Assembly: GCA_050613775.1 (NCBI GenBank)
Contig: JBODTK010000001.1
Location: forward strand, 558,001-622,000
Source: Neocallimastix sp. 'constans'
Lineage: Eukaryota
Reading direction: 5' to 3'
DNA: 64,000 bases
Shown here: piece by piece, positions 54,022-64,000 of the stretch
Layout: each line of letters opens with the position of its first letter
Numbering within the stretch: position 1 is the first letter of the stretch
Made by a program: the position numbers and the translations under genes
The notes under the pieces: generated by a model
What the model was told of the DNA's origin: nothing
Seen by the model: the letters and a program-made list of their open reading frames with translations, nothing else
The model's database searches: none

Positions 54022-54944
54022 TGTAATAATTCTATTAAGAACTAACTCAAAATAGAATTATTAACTACAACTTAACGACTAATTCATTAAGTTGAGAAAA
54101 TAAAATAAAATAAATTTTTTTTTACCTTTAGAGTAGAGTTTATTATAAAATTAATTATAATAATAACACAAAAAGTAAGAAAAGAATTGTTTGTATAAAT
54201 TGATTTTAAAAATATGTTTTTGAATAAAATATTTTTATTAATTTATTAAAGTTAAAAATATAAAAATGTTACTATTATAACTATGTTTTTTATAATAATA
54301 ACTCTTGATTTCTCAAAGAGAACTCAAGAGCCTTATTTATATTTTTTTATGAAAATAAGGTTAAATAAGAAAGGGTTTTCTAATCTTAACAAATCTCTTA
54401 TCTAGGAAAAGATTAGATAGAAAAACCTAGATAAGTTTTCGATCGATATTCTATCCATATCGATCATCGCATTAATTAAGTAAAACCGATTACTTCTAAT
54501 AAGTAATTGGAAAAAATCTTAATTAACCGATTTTCCAATCTAATGATCGAAAATAAAAGAATAAAATAATAAAAGATATTTCGATCATATAATTTATCCT
54601 TATATTAAAAATATAAAATTAAATAGTTAATAAAATACAGAATACATTATAAAATACAGAATACATTATAAAATACAGAATACATTATAAAATACAGAAT
54701 ACATTATAAAATACAGAATAAAATACAATACAAAATATATTAGTTACAGTAGAGAATTTAACATATTGTAAATATATTATTTAAAATTAATTAAATAAAT
54801 TTTGTTAAATTAATGAATATTTAAAATTAAATTAAATAAATTTAATAAATATTATATGTAATTAAATAAAGTTATAGTTATAATAACTTAACTAAGAAAA
54901 TATAATTATTTGCTAACAAATAATTATAGATTCTTACAATTTGA

Positions 54945-55479
54945 TGATACGATATTATTAAAAGTATCAGTGTTCGGTTGAGCAAGTTGTTTGATTATAA
55001 AATAATATATTCTAACAGAAGAATATAATAATAAACACACACTAATAAAATATATAGTAAACAATAATAATTCTTTTGTCGTATTTTAATTTTATTATTT
55101 TATTTTATATTTAAATATTAATCAATATATTTTATTATTTTAGTTATATTAATACATATTAAATTCTACTAAATTTTATATTAGTTAATTTCTCTGAATT
55201 ATTTTCTTTATAACTATAATTATAATAATATTAAGTTTTCTCTCCTTAATATTAACTTTTTAGTTAGCTCTCTAACTTCCTTCTTAATTTATTATTTATT
55301 TTCTTCATTTTATATTTCATTATTTCTCTTAACTCTATTCTATTGGTTAGTTTATCTTATTTAATTTTATTAATACTTATTAATTGTACAAACTCATTTA
55401 TTTACATGTATTAAATTATTTATCTATTATTTAAATTATTTTTATAGTTATTTCTATATTATTTGTAAGTGTCGTATCA
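54945..55479. mobile_element. Solo LTR, family C
   Basis: Termini TGATACGA...TCGTATCA. TSD TTTGA at 54940-54944; the right copy is restored after removing the 55481-56365 insertion. Shares AAAATAATATATTC and the 5' end with 58596-59101 and 59106-59703. Confidence 0.75.
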
Positions 55480-55480
55480 T

Positions 55481-56365
55481 TGTAATAATTCTATTAAGAA
55501 CTAACTCAAAATAGAATTATTAACTACAACTTAACGACTAATTCATTAAGTTGAGAAAATAAAATAAAATAAATTTTTTTTTTACCTTTAGAGTAGAGTT
55601 TATTATAAAATTAATTATAATAATAACACAAAAAGTAAGAAAAGAATTGTTTGTATAAATTGATTTTAAAAATATGCTTTTGAATAAAATATTTTTATTA
55701 ATTTATTAAAGTTAAAAATATAAAAATGTTACTATTATAACTATGTTTTTTATAATAATAACTCTTGATTTCTCAAAGAGAACTCAAGAGCCTTATTTAT
55801 ATTTTTTTATGAAAATAAGGTTAAATAAGAAAGGGTTTTCTAATCTTAACAAATCTCTTATCTAGGAAAAGATTAGATAGAAAAACCTAGATAAGTTTTC
55901 GATCGATATTCTATCCATATCGATCATCGCATTAATTAAGTAAAACCGATTACTTCTAAAAAGTAATTGGAAAAAATCTTAATTAACCGATTTTCTAATC
56001 TAATCTAATGATCGAAAATAAAAGAATAAAATAATAAAAGATATTTCGATCATATAATTTATCCTTATATTAAAAATATAAAATTAAATAGTTAATAAAA
56101 TACAGAATACATTATAAAATACAGAATACATTATAAAATACAGAATAAAATACAATACAAAATACATTAGTTACAGTAGAGAATTTAACATATTGTAAAT
56201 ATATTATTTAAAATTAATTAAATAAATTTTGTTAAATTAATGAATATTTAAAATTAAATTAAATAAATTTAATAAATATTATATGTAATTAAATAAAGTT
56301 ATAGTTATAATAACTTAACTAAGAAAATATAATTATTTGTTAGCAAATAATTATAGATTCTTACA
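55481..56365 (-). mobile_element. Solo LTR, family A (third copy)
   Basis: Near-identical to the LTRs at 47495 and 54022. Has its own TSD ATCAT at 55476-55480 and 56366-56370. Confidence 0.93.
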
Positions 56366-56371
56366 ATCATT

Positions 56372-57110
56372 TGATAAGAAATTATTAATAACTTACTTTA
56401 GTTTATTAATAACTCTTTATCAAAGTTATAAATTTTAAGATAATTAAAATATATTTTATTATAAAACTTTTTAAAATTGATTTATTAGAAACAATGAAGT
56501 TATTTTAATACATAAATTTTATTTAATTTTTAAATATTAATTTTTATTAAATTTTAAATTTATAATATTAAATAAATACTTTTAAATTTAAATAAGATAA
56601 AATAAGTATTTATTGAACAAGTTTTGATAAACAAAAATGTTAACAAAAATGTTGTTCTTTTAAATAAGAATTATTACATGTTTTTATAATTTTCGTTAAG
56701 ATTAAACTATATAATTAACTATCTAATTTAATTACTATTTATATCTTTTAGAAATATTAAAAAAAGAAAAAGTATTACTATTTTAATTCTATTTAAAGTC
56801 TTATTTTCTATTTTAAAAAAAAAGAATTAGTTTTAAGTCTTTAAAATAAAATAACTATTTACTAATTATATCAAATAATAACAAATATTTATGTAATAAA
56901 ATATATTTTACATAATAAAATTATTTAAATTTAATTTTTATATTAATTATTTAAATTTACATTGTTCTTTTATTAATCTTAAAATTTTATTTGAAAATAC
57001 TAACTTTTTATAATAATTATTTATAATTTTATAGTTTAGTAAATTATTATTATAAATTATTAATTTTAGTTTATTAATTAATTTTAAATTATAAATTTCA
57101 TCTTTTATCA
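56372..57110. mobile_element. Probable old solo LTR (family H/I)
   Basis: Termini TGATAA...TTATCA. Shares TTACATGTTTTTATA...AAACTATATAATT with 57116-57790. TSD not cleanly recoverable. Confidence 0.45.
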
Positions 57111-57115
57111 CATTG

Positions 57116-57790
57116 TGACAAATGTTGATTATTATCTTAATTTAGAATTTACTTCTAAAAGTGATAATAATTTGTCAATTAAAAGGGTAGTTATTAACAC
57201 AAAAATGTTAATTAAAACACTACAGTTTAAAATAAGAAAAGAATATTTGTTTTTTTTTATAATAAAACTTTATTTATCAATATAAAATTGTACTTTTTAT
57301 TATTTTGAATATTTATATTCTTAATAAAAAGTATTTAAAATAAATGAGAATAAAAGAAAATAATTTATTAAAACTTAAATTTTAAATTTTTAATTCTTGA
57401 ATTCTGATTTTTTTTATTTTTAAAGAAATATTTACATGTTTTTATATTTTTCTTTTAAGTTTAAATTATTTAAAATAAAACTATATAATTATTTTAAGTA
57501 AACACTTTTAAGATAAAATAAACAATTTTGTTATTATTAATAAGTTTCTTTTTAATTAATATTAATATCAATTTAAACTGAGATTTAATTTAAAATCGTT
57601 AAAGTAAAATAAAAGAATAATTTAATATAAAATACATTGTTCTTTAAATTAAAATAATATTTATTTAATAATTTTAAATCTTTTAATTTATTTTTATTAA
57701 AATATTATTTTATAATTATCTATAACTAATTAAGAGGGTTATTATTCCATTTTATTGATTTTTCTTAATTTATAATTTGGTTATTTATCA
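57116..57790. mobile_element. Probable solo LTR (family H/I)
   Basis: Termini TGACAAAT...ATTTATCA. ATTG lies on the left (57112-57115), and ATTG is restored on the right after removing 57794-58589. Confidence 0.6.
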
Positions 57791-57793
57791 ATT

Positions 57794-58589
57794 TGTAATA
57801 ATTTCATTATAATATTTATTATAACAAAATTATTAACTACAACCTGATACTAACATCAAGTTGAGAAAATAAGAAAACAATTAGAAAAATAAAGAAAATT
57901 TTAACTTATCTTGACAGAGAAGAGTTTATTATAAACAAATATAATAAACAACACAAAATAAAAGAACACTTATTGAAAAGGTTTGTAGATTTTATTAATT
58001 ATTATTATATATTTATTAATATTTGTTATATAATAATAACTCTTGATTTCTCAAAAATTTAGAGAAATCAATAGCTATTTATACGAAAAATTAAATAATA
58101 AAATTTTATAAATTTATATAAAATAATAATTTAAAAGGTTTTCTAATCTTAACAATTATCTTATCTAGAAAAAGATTAGAAGAAAAAACTAGATAAGTTC
58201 TTTAAGGAAAAACCAATTTATTATTATAATAAATTAGAAAAAACCTTAAAGTCCGATAAAATTAATTTATATTTTAATAAGAAAATAAAAAAACTTTAAA
58301 GTCCGTTAATTCAAATTTTAATTAAAAATAATAATTAAATAATTAATTTATTACTATAAAAATTAATAAAATTTATAATTAATTAAATAAATTAAATAAA
58401 ATAAATGTATACTAAATAAATTTAAAGAAAAAATTTTTTAATTAAATTAAAACTATAATTAAATGTACAAATACATGTTAACTTGATAAATAATTACTAA
58501 TTTAATGAATGAATGTATAAATTATATAATAGATAAATAATCAAATAAAGAAATTATAATTATTTAACAAATAATTATAGTTTCTTACA
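57794..58589 (-). mobile_element. Solo LTR, diverged relative of family A
   Basis: TGTAATAATT...TTCTTACA termini, conserved ATAATAACTCTTGATTTCTC and paired-repeat block, and TSD CAATT at 57789-57793 and 58590-58594. Confidence 0.88.
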
Positions 58590-58595
58590 CAATTG

Positions 58596-59101
58596 TGATA
58601 CGATATTTTTATTAAACATCAATATCAATATTTATTTTATTTTATTTGGACGATAACAGTAGGGAATAATTGACAAAATAATATATTCTAATATTATATA
58701 GAATAATACACACAATAATAATATTCACACTTTAATATTTAGTTTATTTATTTTATTTATTTATTATCATTCCTCAATAAAAATACATCATCAATATAAA
58801 TAGTTGTTAATTAGTTAAAATATAATTAAATCATTCAATAAAATATAATTAATTACTAAAATCTCTCATATTATTAATGTAAACTAAATATAAAACTACA
58901 CTAAACTATACTAATAAACATGTCTATAGGTTAAATTATTAATAAACTAAATTAATATTAATAAAAGAACCATTTCTTAAACTATTATTATTTACTAACT
59001 ATATATAATATTACTAAATTATTATTAACCAATAAGATTTTATCAAATAATTCCTAACCTAAGTTTCACTAAATTATGGTATTTATGGTGGTACCGTATC
59101 A
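58596..59101. mobile_element. Solo LTR, family C
   Basis: TGATACG...CGTATCA termini; flanked by ATTG on both sides (58592-58595 and 59102-59105). Confidence 0.78.
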
Positions 59102-59105
59102 ATTG

Positions 59106-59703
59106 TGATACAATATAAGTAATAAAGTATCAGATTTCTATTTATAACGAGGTCGAGCAAATAGGGAATTTGTAAAATAATATATTCCAACTCAAAGATA
59201 ATAAATAATAATTTACACAAATAATAAAATTTATTTATTTCTTTTTAAATCTTGTTTTTATTTATTTATTTATTTTACATAAATTATTACAATTATATTT
59301 ATATTCCTCTGAATATAATGATTTTTATCTATCTCTAATAATTCAATTTATATTAATATCTTAATAATAATTTTACTTATAATTGTAGGATTCAACTCTT
59401 ATCCTTTAACTATAAGTAATTACTTAATTATTTAAACTAAACTATAAGTTCTCTAAAACTATTATTTTACTCAATTAGAATTTTTAAAACAACAAGAAAA
59501 ACTCTCTCTTTAACTTTTATTTCATTCTCTTCTTTTAAATTTATTAATTAATTTTATCTTGAATATTATTGGCTGTCTAATTAATTTTTAATCTATTTAT
59601 ATAATGATTTAGTATATTATATATTGTAATTATTTTTCACTATATTATTATAGGATTTTCTCTTTTGTTAATTTTCTTGCGTATTTCTAGCTGTATTGTA
59701 TCA
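59106..59703. mobile_element. Solo LTR, family C
   Basis: TGATACAATA...TATTGTATCA 10-bp terminal inverted repeat; flanked by ATTG on both sides (59102-59105 and 59704-59707). Confidence 0.8.
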
Positions 59704-59707
59704 ATTG

Positions 59708-60010
59708 TGTTAAGGTTTTAGAGAATTAAATAAAAATAAAGTAAGGAAACACAAATTTTATTTATTTATTTATTATTTTTATTTATAAATTTATTTGATT
59801 TTATTTGATGATATTTAAAAATTAGTAGCAAAATTTACAACTATTTATACTTTTTTTTCAAGGCATAAAAGTTGTTCTTGCCACTAAATTACATTTTATT
59901 ATTATTTTTCTTTTTATATATGAAACTATTAAATTTAAATTGATTTTTATAATCAATTATATAAAATTTAATTATAACAATATAAATAAAATGCATTTAT
60001 AATATTAATA

Positions 60011-60059
<49 letters not shown>

Positions 60060-63000
60060 CTATCTAAAATATTACTAATAAGAATTTATTTAATTGGCTA
60101 AAATTTTTATTACAATCTGTTAAAATATTCAAATAAAAATAAAAATACTATTCTAATATAAAGGTTTTTAATAAAATAAAATATTTTTCAATATAAAATA
60201 AAACATTTCGATATAAAATTTTATAATAAAAAGTTAAAATATAATATATAAATTTTTAATTATCAATATATAAAAATATTATTAATATAAATTTTCATTA
60301 TTAATATAAAAAAAATAAGATTTATTATTAATATTGCTAATATAAGTTTTAAATATATAAAAATATTACTATTAATATAAGATTTAATATAAAAATATAA
60401 AGTTTAATATAATTTTTGATTTAATTTTTGATCTTTGGATTTAAAAATTTATTAAAGTACAAAAATAATAATGTACACATAATGTATTAGAAATAAATCG
60501 TAGATTTAATTAAGAATGCATTATTTAGTACATTCTTATCAAGATGCCCCGACGAAGACTCAAGCTTCTCTGTAAGCGGAGTTAAACTTTACTAAATTTT
60601 TAAAGTGAACATTCCTATCGAGTTGCTTTCCAGTCTTCTGATCGATTAGGGTTGCCGTGTTGAATTGAATTTTTAAAATTTTAAATGGTCCATTGTAATA
60701 TGGTTCTAGCTTAGTGCGGCTAAAGTTTCTAACAAGAACAAGATCACCAGCCTTTAATTCTTTTCCTTTTTTCATACTTATTTGTTCTTCTCGTCTTGTT
60801 GCCCAATACTTGTTAGCATTCTTCACATTTTCGCATGCTTCTCTAGTCCATTGATAATGACGAACAAATTTTTCCATTAAGATTTCATCATATGATTTAC
60901 CTGCATTTTCAATTGTTCTTATGGCTATATCATAAGGCTGTTGGTCTTCTCTTCCATATACTAATTCAAAACTAGAATGTCCAGTAGCTGTATTTTTGGT
61001 AGTTCGAAGTGCCCATAAAGCAGAAGGTAAAACTTCATCCCAATCTTGATTTTTCCTTCCTAATAAACGGAGTAATTTTCCAATTTCTTTATTTCGATTT
61101 TCAGTAAGGCCATTTGATTCAGGGTGGTAAGTAGCTACAAATTTAACATATACATCATAAAGATCAAGAAAGATTTTAGTCATATCAGAAGTGAATTGGA
61201 CTCCATTATCAGTAGTAATAACTTGAGGTACACCATGTCTTGCAAAAACGTTTATTAAAAATTTAATTATATCAGAGGAAGTTATGTTTTCAGTGGGTTC
61301 GGCTTCAACCCATTTGGTAAAGTAATCAACAGTTACTATAATATATTGATTATTATTTCTTGTTTTTGGTAACGGTCCTATAATATCTAATCCTAAATGC
61401 ACAAAGGGACCCTCCACTTTAGTTGGATGGTTTTCGGTTGGTTCTGGATATGGTTGAGGACGATTTAATTGGCATTTTTCACAATTACTAACAATTCTTT
61501 TGATATCTTTAATCATATGATTCCAATAAAAGTTTTTCTTAAGTCTTTGATATGTTTTGTAATATCCTTCGTGGCCAATATTATGAGCTTCTAAAATTAA
61601 TTTAAACCTTTCATTTTCGTCCGTTATTAATTTTCTATAATTTCCATTGTCGATAAAGTAATCTTCACCATCAATAACAGTAAACTTTTCATTAATAAAT
61701 TCCTTTATAACCTTAGATAATAATTCTTCATTATTTCCATTAGTAATTTTTGTTAATAATATCTTTCTCTCTTCCTTACTTTTCATTCTTGAAAGAGCAT
61801 CAGCTAACACATTCTTTTTGCCTGATTCATATTTTATATTAATTCCAAGCATACTAGCGGTTAGACACCATCTTGTTTGCCTTGCATTCAAAGGTTCTTT
61901 ATTCTTAAATAAACCAACTAATGGTTTATGATCTGTGTAAATAGTTGTAGGTAATGGATTTCCTTCAATATAAGATTTAAATTTAGTCATACAGTAAAAC
62001 AAAGCGGTTCCTTCTAAATCGGTAATACCATAATTCTTTTCAGCTTTCTTTAAACTTCTACTTATAAAGTGTATTGGATGCTCCTTACCGGTTTCTTCTT
62101 CTTTTTGTAAAAGAACTCCACCAATTCCATTATACGAAGCATCAGTTCTAATGATAAAAGGTTTGTCAAATGACGGAAATTTTAGAATAGGTGCATTGAT
62201 TAATTTTTCTTTTAGGAGTTCAAAGCTTTCTTGTTGTTCTTTATTCCATTCATATTTAGTATTCTTTTTCAATAATTTACATAAAGGTGAGGTAATTTGA
62301 GCATATTTAGGAATAAAATCACGATAATATCCCACTGCTCCTAAAAATGATCTTAATTCATGAAGTGATGAAGGGGCTTCCCACTTCTTAATAGCTGTTA
62401 TCTTACTTTCCATGGGACTTAATCCTTTAGTAGTAAGTTTGTGACCTAATACATCAACTTCAGTTTGAAGAAAATGGCACTTTTCAATATTAATTTTTAA
62501 CTTGTTTTCTTTAAATACTTCTAATACTTGTTTAATATGAATTAAATGTTCTTCGATACTTTTTGAATAGATCAAAACATCATCAATAAATACATAAACA
62601 AATTCACCAATAAAAGGGAATAAAATTTTATTCATTTCTCTTTGGAAGGTTGAGGGAGCTCCAGTAAGTCCAAAAGGCATAACCTTAAATTGATAATTTC
62701 CAAACTTAGTAGTGAAAGTGGTTACTTCAACGCTTTCTTCATCCATTAAGATTTGGTGAAAACCAGAAAATAAATCAAGAGTTGTAAATATTTTAGATCC
62801 TCCGAGACTATCAAAAATTTCATCTATATATGGAACTGAATAAGAATCTTTTTCTGTCATATCATTGACTTTTCGGTAGTCAATGCACAAGCGCCACTTT
62901 CCATTGTGTTTTAGAATAAGTACTACTGGAGATGACCATTCTGAACAGGATGGTTCTATCAATCCTTTCTTAATAAGTTTTGTAAGTTCTTCTTTTAAGA

Positions 63001-64000
63001 TATCTGATTTTAATTTAGTTAACCTATAACTTCTTAATTTTACTGGCTTTGCATTTGCTTTTAAACGGATCTTATGTGGTGAAAGTTTAGAAGGAGTTAG
63101 TTCTTCTGTTGAAGTGGCAACTATGTCAATCATTTCTTTGAGAATTTTAATAATTTGTTCTTTATAATCTTTATTTAAGGTACTTAAAAATTCATCACTC
63201 TCAATAAATTCCATTGGAGTTAATTCCTTTATAATTTCCTTTTCATTATTCGTTTCTTTAACTTTTCTAATAGTGCAAATTATACTTTCTTCATCATAAT
63301 ATTGATTATTTATTTTAGCTATTTCTTCGTATTCACTTTCTGACAAAAGTTTACATAAACTGTTTAAGGTCGGATGAATAAATAAACAATGATCGATTTG
63401 AGTTTTAAAGTTTATTAACATATCATAAAAAGAGTCTTCTTTCTCAATAATTCTAAAGTCCGCATTAAATTCATAATTATTAATTTTTACTGGTAATCGA
63501 ACAATAATTCCTTCCGAGTATTCTTCATCTTGTGTTGCTAGTTGGATTCTTCCACGACTTTTTCCAACTGTTTCATATTCACCAGGTAATTTATCAAAAT
63601 ACTGCTTAGTAACGATGCTTAGGTTACTACAAGAATCAATTAAAAGTTTTCCTAGTACTCCGTCAACACTTGCATCAACCATTGCTAAGTCTTCTTCGGC
63701 TACTTCATTACTTTTACTTATGTAGCTATGATCATAGTTATTTACTAATAAAGTTCGTGCTATTACATTGTCTACAGTCCCAATTATTTTAGACTTTTCT
63801 AACTTTAAACCTTGAGTTAATTGTGAACGAATTTTCGGACATGCATTCAAGAGTTGACCTATCGTAATACTGGATTTAAGATTATTTAAATCATCCATAA
63901 TATTGTAAGGTTCTTTATTATTCATCATTTTAATATTCCTTTTTACTAACTGAGTATTTCCATTATTAGTTTCTTTAGTTTTTGTTGAAATTAATTTTTC
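59708..64000 (-). mobile_element. Second Ty3/Gypsy LTR retrotransposon (3' LTR 59708-60541 plus pol), continues past the window end
   Basis: LTR termini TGTTAAG...CTTATCA. A short PPT-like minus-strand GGGGCATCT (60550-60542) lies between the pol stop and the LTR. Confidence 0.85.
60560..64000 (-). CDS. Gypsy Pol polyprotein (PR-RT-RNaseH-IN); frame open to the window edge
   Basis: LLIDSCS protease-like motif; WRLCIDYRKVN, MPFGLTGAP, FIDD; RTDASYNGIG; HNIGH..CEKC, LDIIGP, TDNG, GLTE, GPF. The 24 codons upstream of 63928 contain no stop. Confidence 0.95.
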   Translation of the reverse strand, partial: EKLISTKTKETNNGNTQLVKRNIKMMNNKEPYNIMDDLNNLKSSITIGQLLNACPKIRSQLTQGLKLEKSKIIGTVDNVIARTLLVNNYDHSYISKSNEVAEEDLAMVDASVDGVLGKLLIDSCSNLSIVTKQYFDKLPGEYETVGKSRGRIQLATQDEEYSEGIIVRLPVKINNYEFNADFRIIEKEDSFYDMLINFKTQIDHCLFIHPTLNSLCKLLSESEYEEIAKINNQYYDEESIICTIRKVKETNNEKEIIKELTPMEFIESDEFLSTLNKDYKEQIIKILKEMIDIVATSTEELTPSKLSPHKIRLKANAKPVKLRSYRLTKLKSDILKEELTKLIKKGLIEPSCSEWSSPVVLILKHNGKWRLCIDYRKVNDMTEKDSYSVPYIDEIFDSLGGSKIFTTLDLFSGFHQILMDEESVEVTTFTTKFGNYQFKVMPFGLTGAPSTFQREMNKILFPFIGEFVYVFIDDVLIYSKSIEEHLIHIKQVLEVFKENKLKINIEKCHFLQTEVDVLGHKLTTKGLSPMESKITAIKKWEAPSSLHELRSFLGAVGYYRDFIPKYAQITSPLCKLLKKNTKYEWNKEQQESFELLKEKLINAPILKFPSFDKPFIIRTDASYNGIGGVLLQKEEETGKEHPIHFISRSLKKAEKNYGITDLEGTALFYCMTKFKSYIEGNPLPTTIYTDHKPLVGLFKNKEPLNARQTRWCLTASMLGINIKYESGKKNVLADALSRMKSKEERKILLTKITNGNNEELLSKVIKEFINEKFTVIDGEDYFIDNGNYRKLITDENERFKLILEAHNIGHEGYYKTYQRLKKNFYWNHMIKDIKRIVSNCEKCQLNRPQPYPEPTENHPTKVEGPFVHLGLDIIGPLPKTRNNNQYIIVTVDYFTKWVEAEPTENITSSDIIKFLINVFARHGVPQVITTDNGVQFTSDMTKIFLDLYDVYVKFVATYHPESNGLTENRNKEIGKLLRLLGRKNQDWDEVLPSALWALRTTKNTATGHSSFELVYGREDQQPYDIAIRTIENAGKSYDEILMEKFVRHYQWTREACENVKNANKYWATRREEQISMKKGKELKAGDLVLVRNFSRTKLEPYYNGPFKILKIQFNTATLIDQKTGKQLDRNVHFKNLVKFNSAYREA

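Larger units (their letters stand above)
47495..54938 (-). mobile_element. Full-length Ty3/Gypsy (Tf1-like) LTR retrotransposon, family A
   Basis: Near-identical TG..CA LTRs at 47495-48390 and 54022-54938, differing by about 6 substitutions plus repeat-length changes. A 5-bp TSD ATTTG lies at 47490-47494 and 54939-54943. The single gag-pol ORF is intact. Confidence 0.95.

Noticed and set aside
54022..56365. A non-autonomous element formed by the LTRs at 54022 and 55481 enclosing 54939-55480
   Set aside because: Each LTR is accounted for by its own TSD (ATTTG pairs with the 47495 LTR, and ATCAT flanks the solo copy). The enclosed DNA is a separate family-C LTR.

Overview
Extremely AT-rich eukaryotic DNA with long A/T homopolymers and (ATT)n/(TTATTAT)n tracts. 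Composition and gene content suggest an anaerobic gut fungus (Neocallimastigomycota), which is an inference. There are five host genes: a multi-exon WW-WW-MyTH4-RhoGAP (ARHGAP39-like) gene containing a clear AT-AC U12-type minor intron, an intronless protein with two insertion-split RING-like domains, RFT1, UNC-45/She4 with 5' micro-exons, and a PAS-kinase-like Ser/Thr kinase. Mobile DNA comprises four LINE remnants (two so decayed that no ORF is called), a tRNA-headed SINE with a TSD, a Mutator-like MITE with a 9-bp TSD, a full-length Tf1-like Ty3/Gypsy element and a second Gypsy element cut by the window edge. The full-length element has a self-priming PBS and a pseudoknot-like motif in its LTR. 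The most striking structure is 47.5-60.5 kb, where about ten LTRs of roughly four families abut one another. They are separated only by 4-6 bp junctions, mostly reusing one ATTG/CAATTG target or overlapping the terminal bases of an older LTR, which suggests integration targeted to LTR ends. All exon and TSD coordinates were read by eye.
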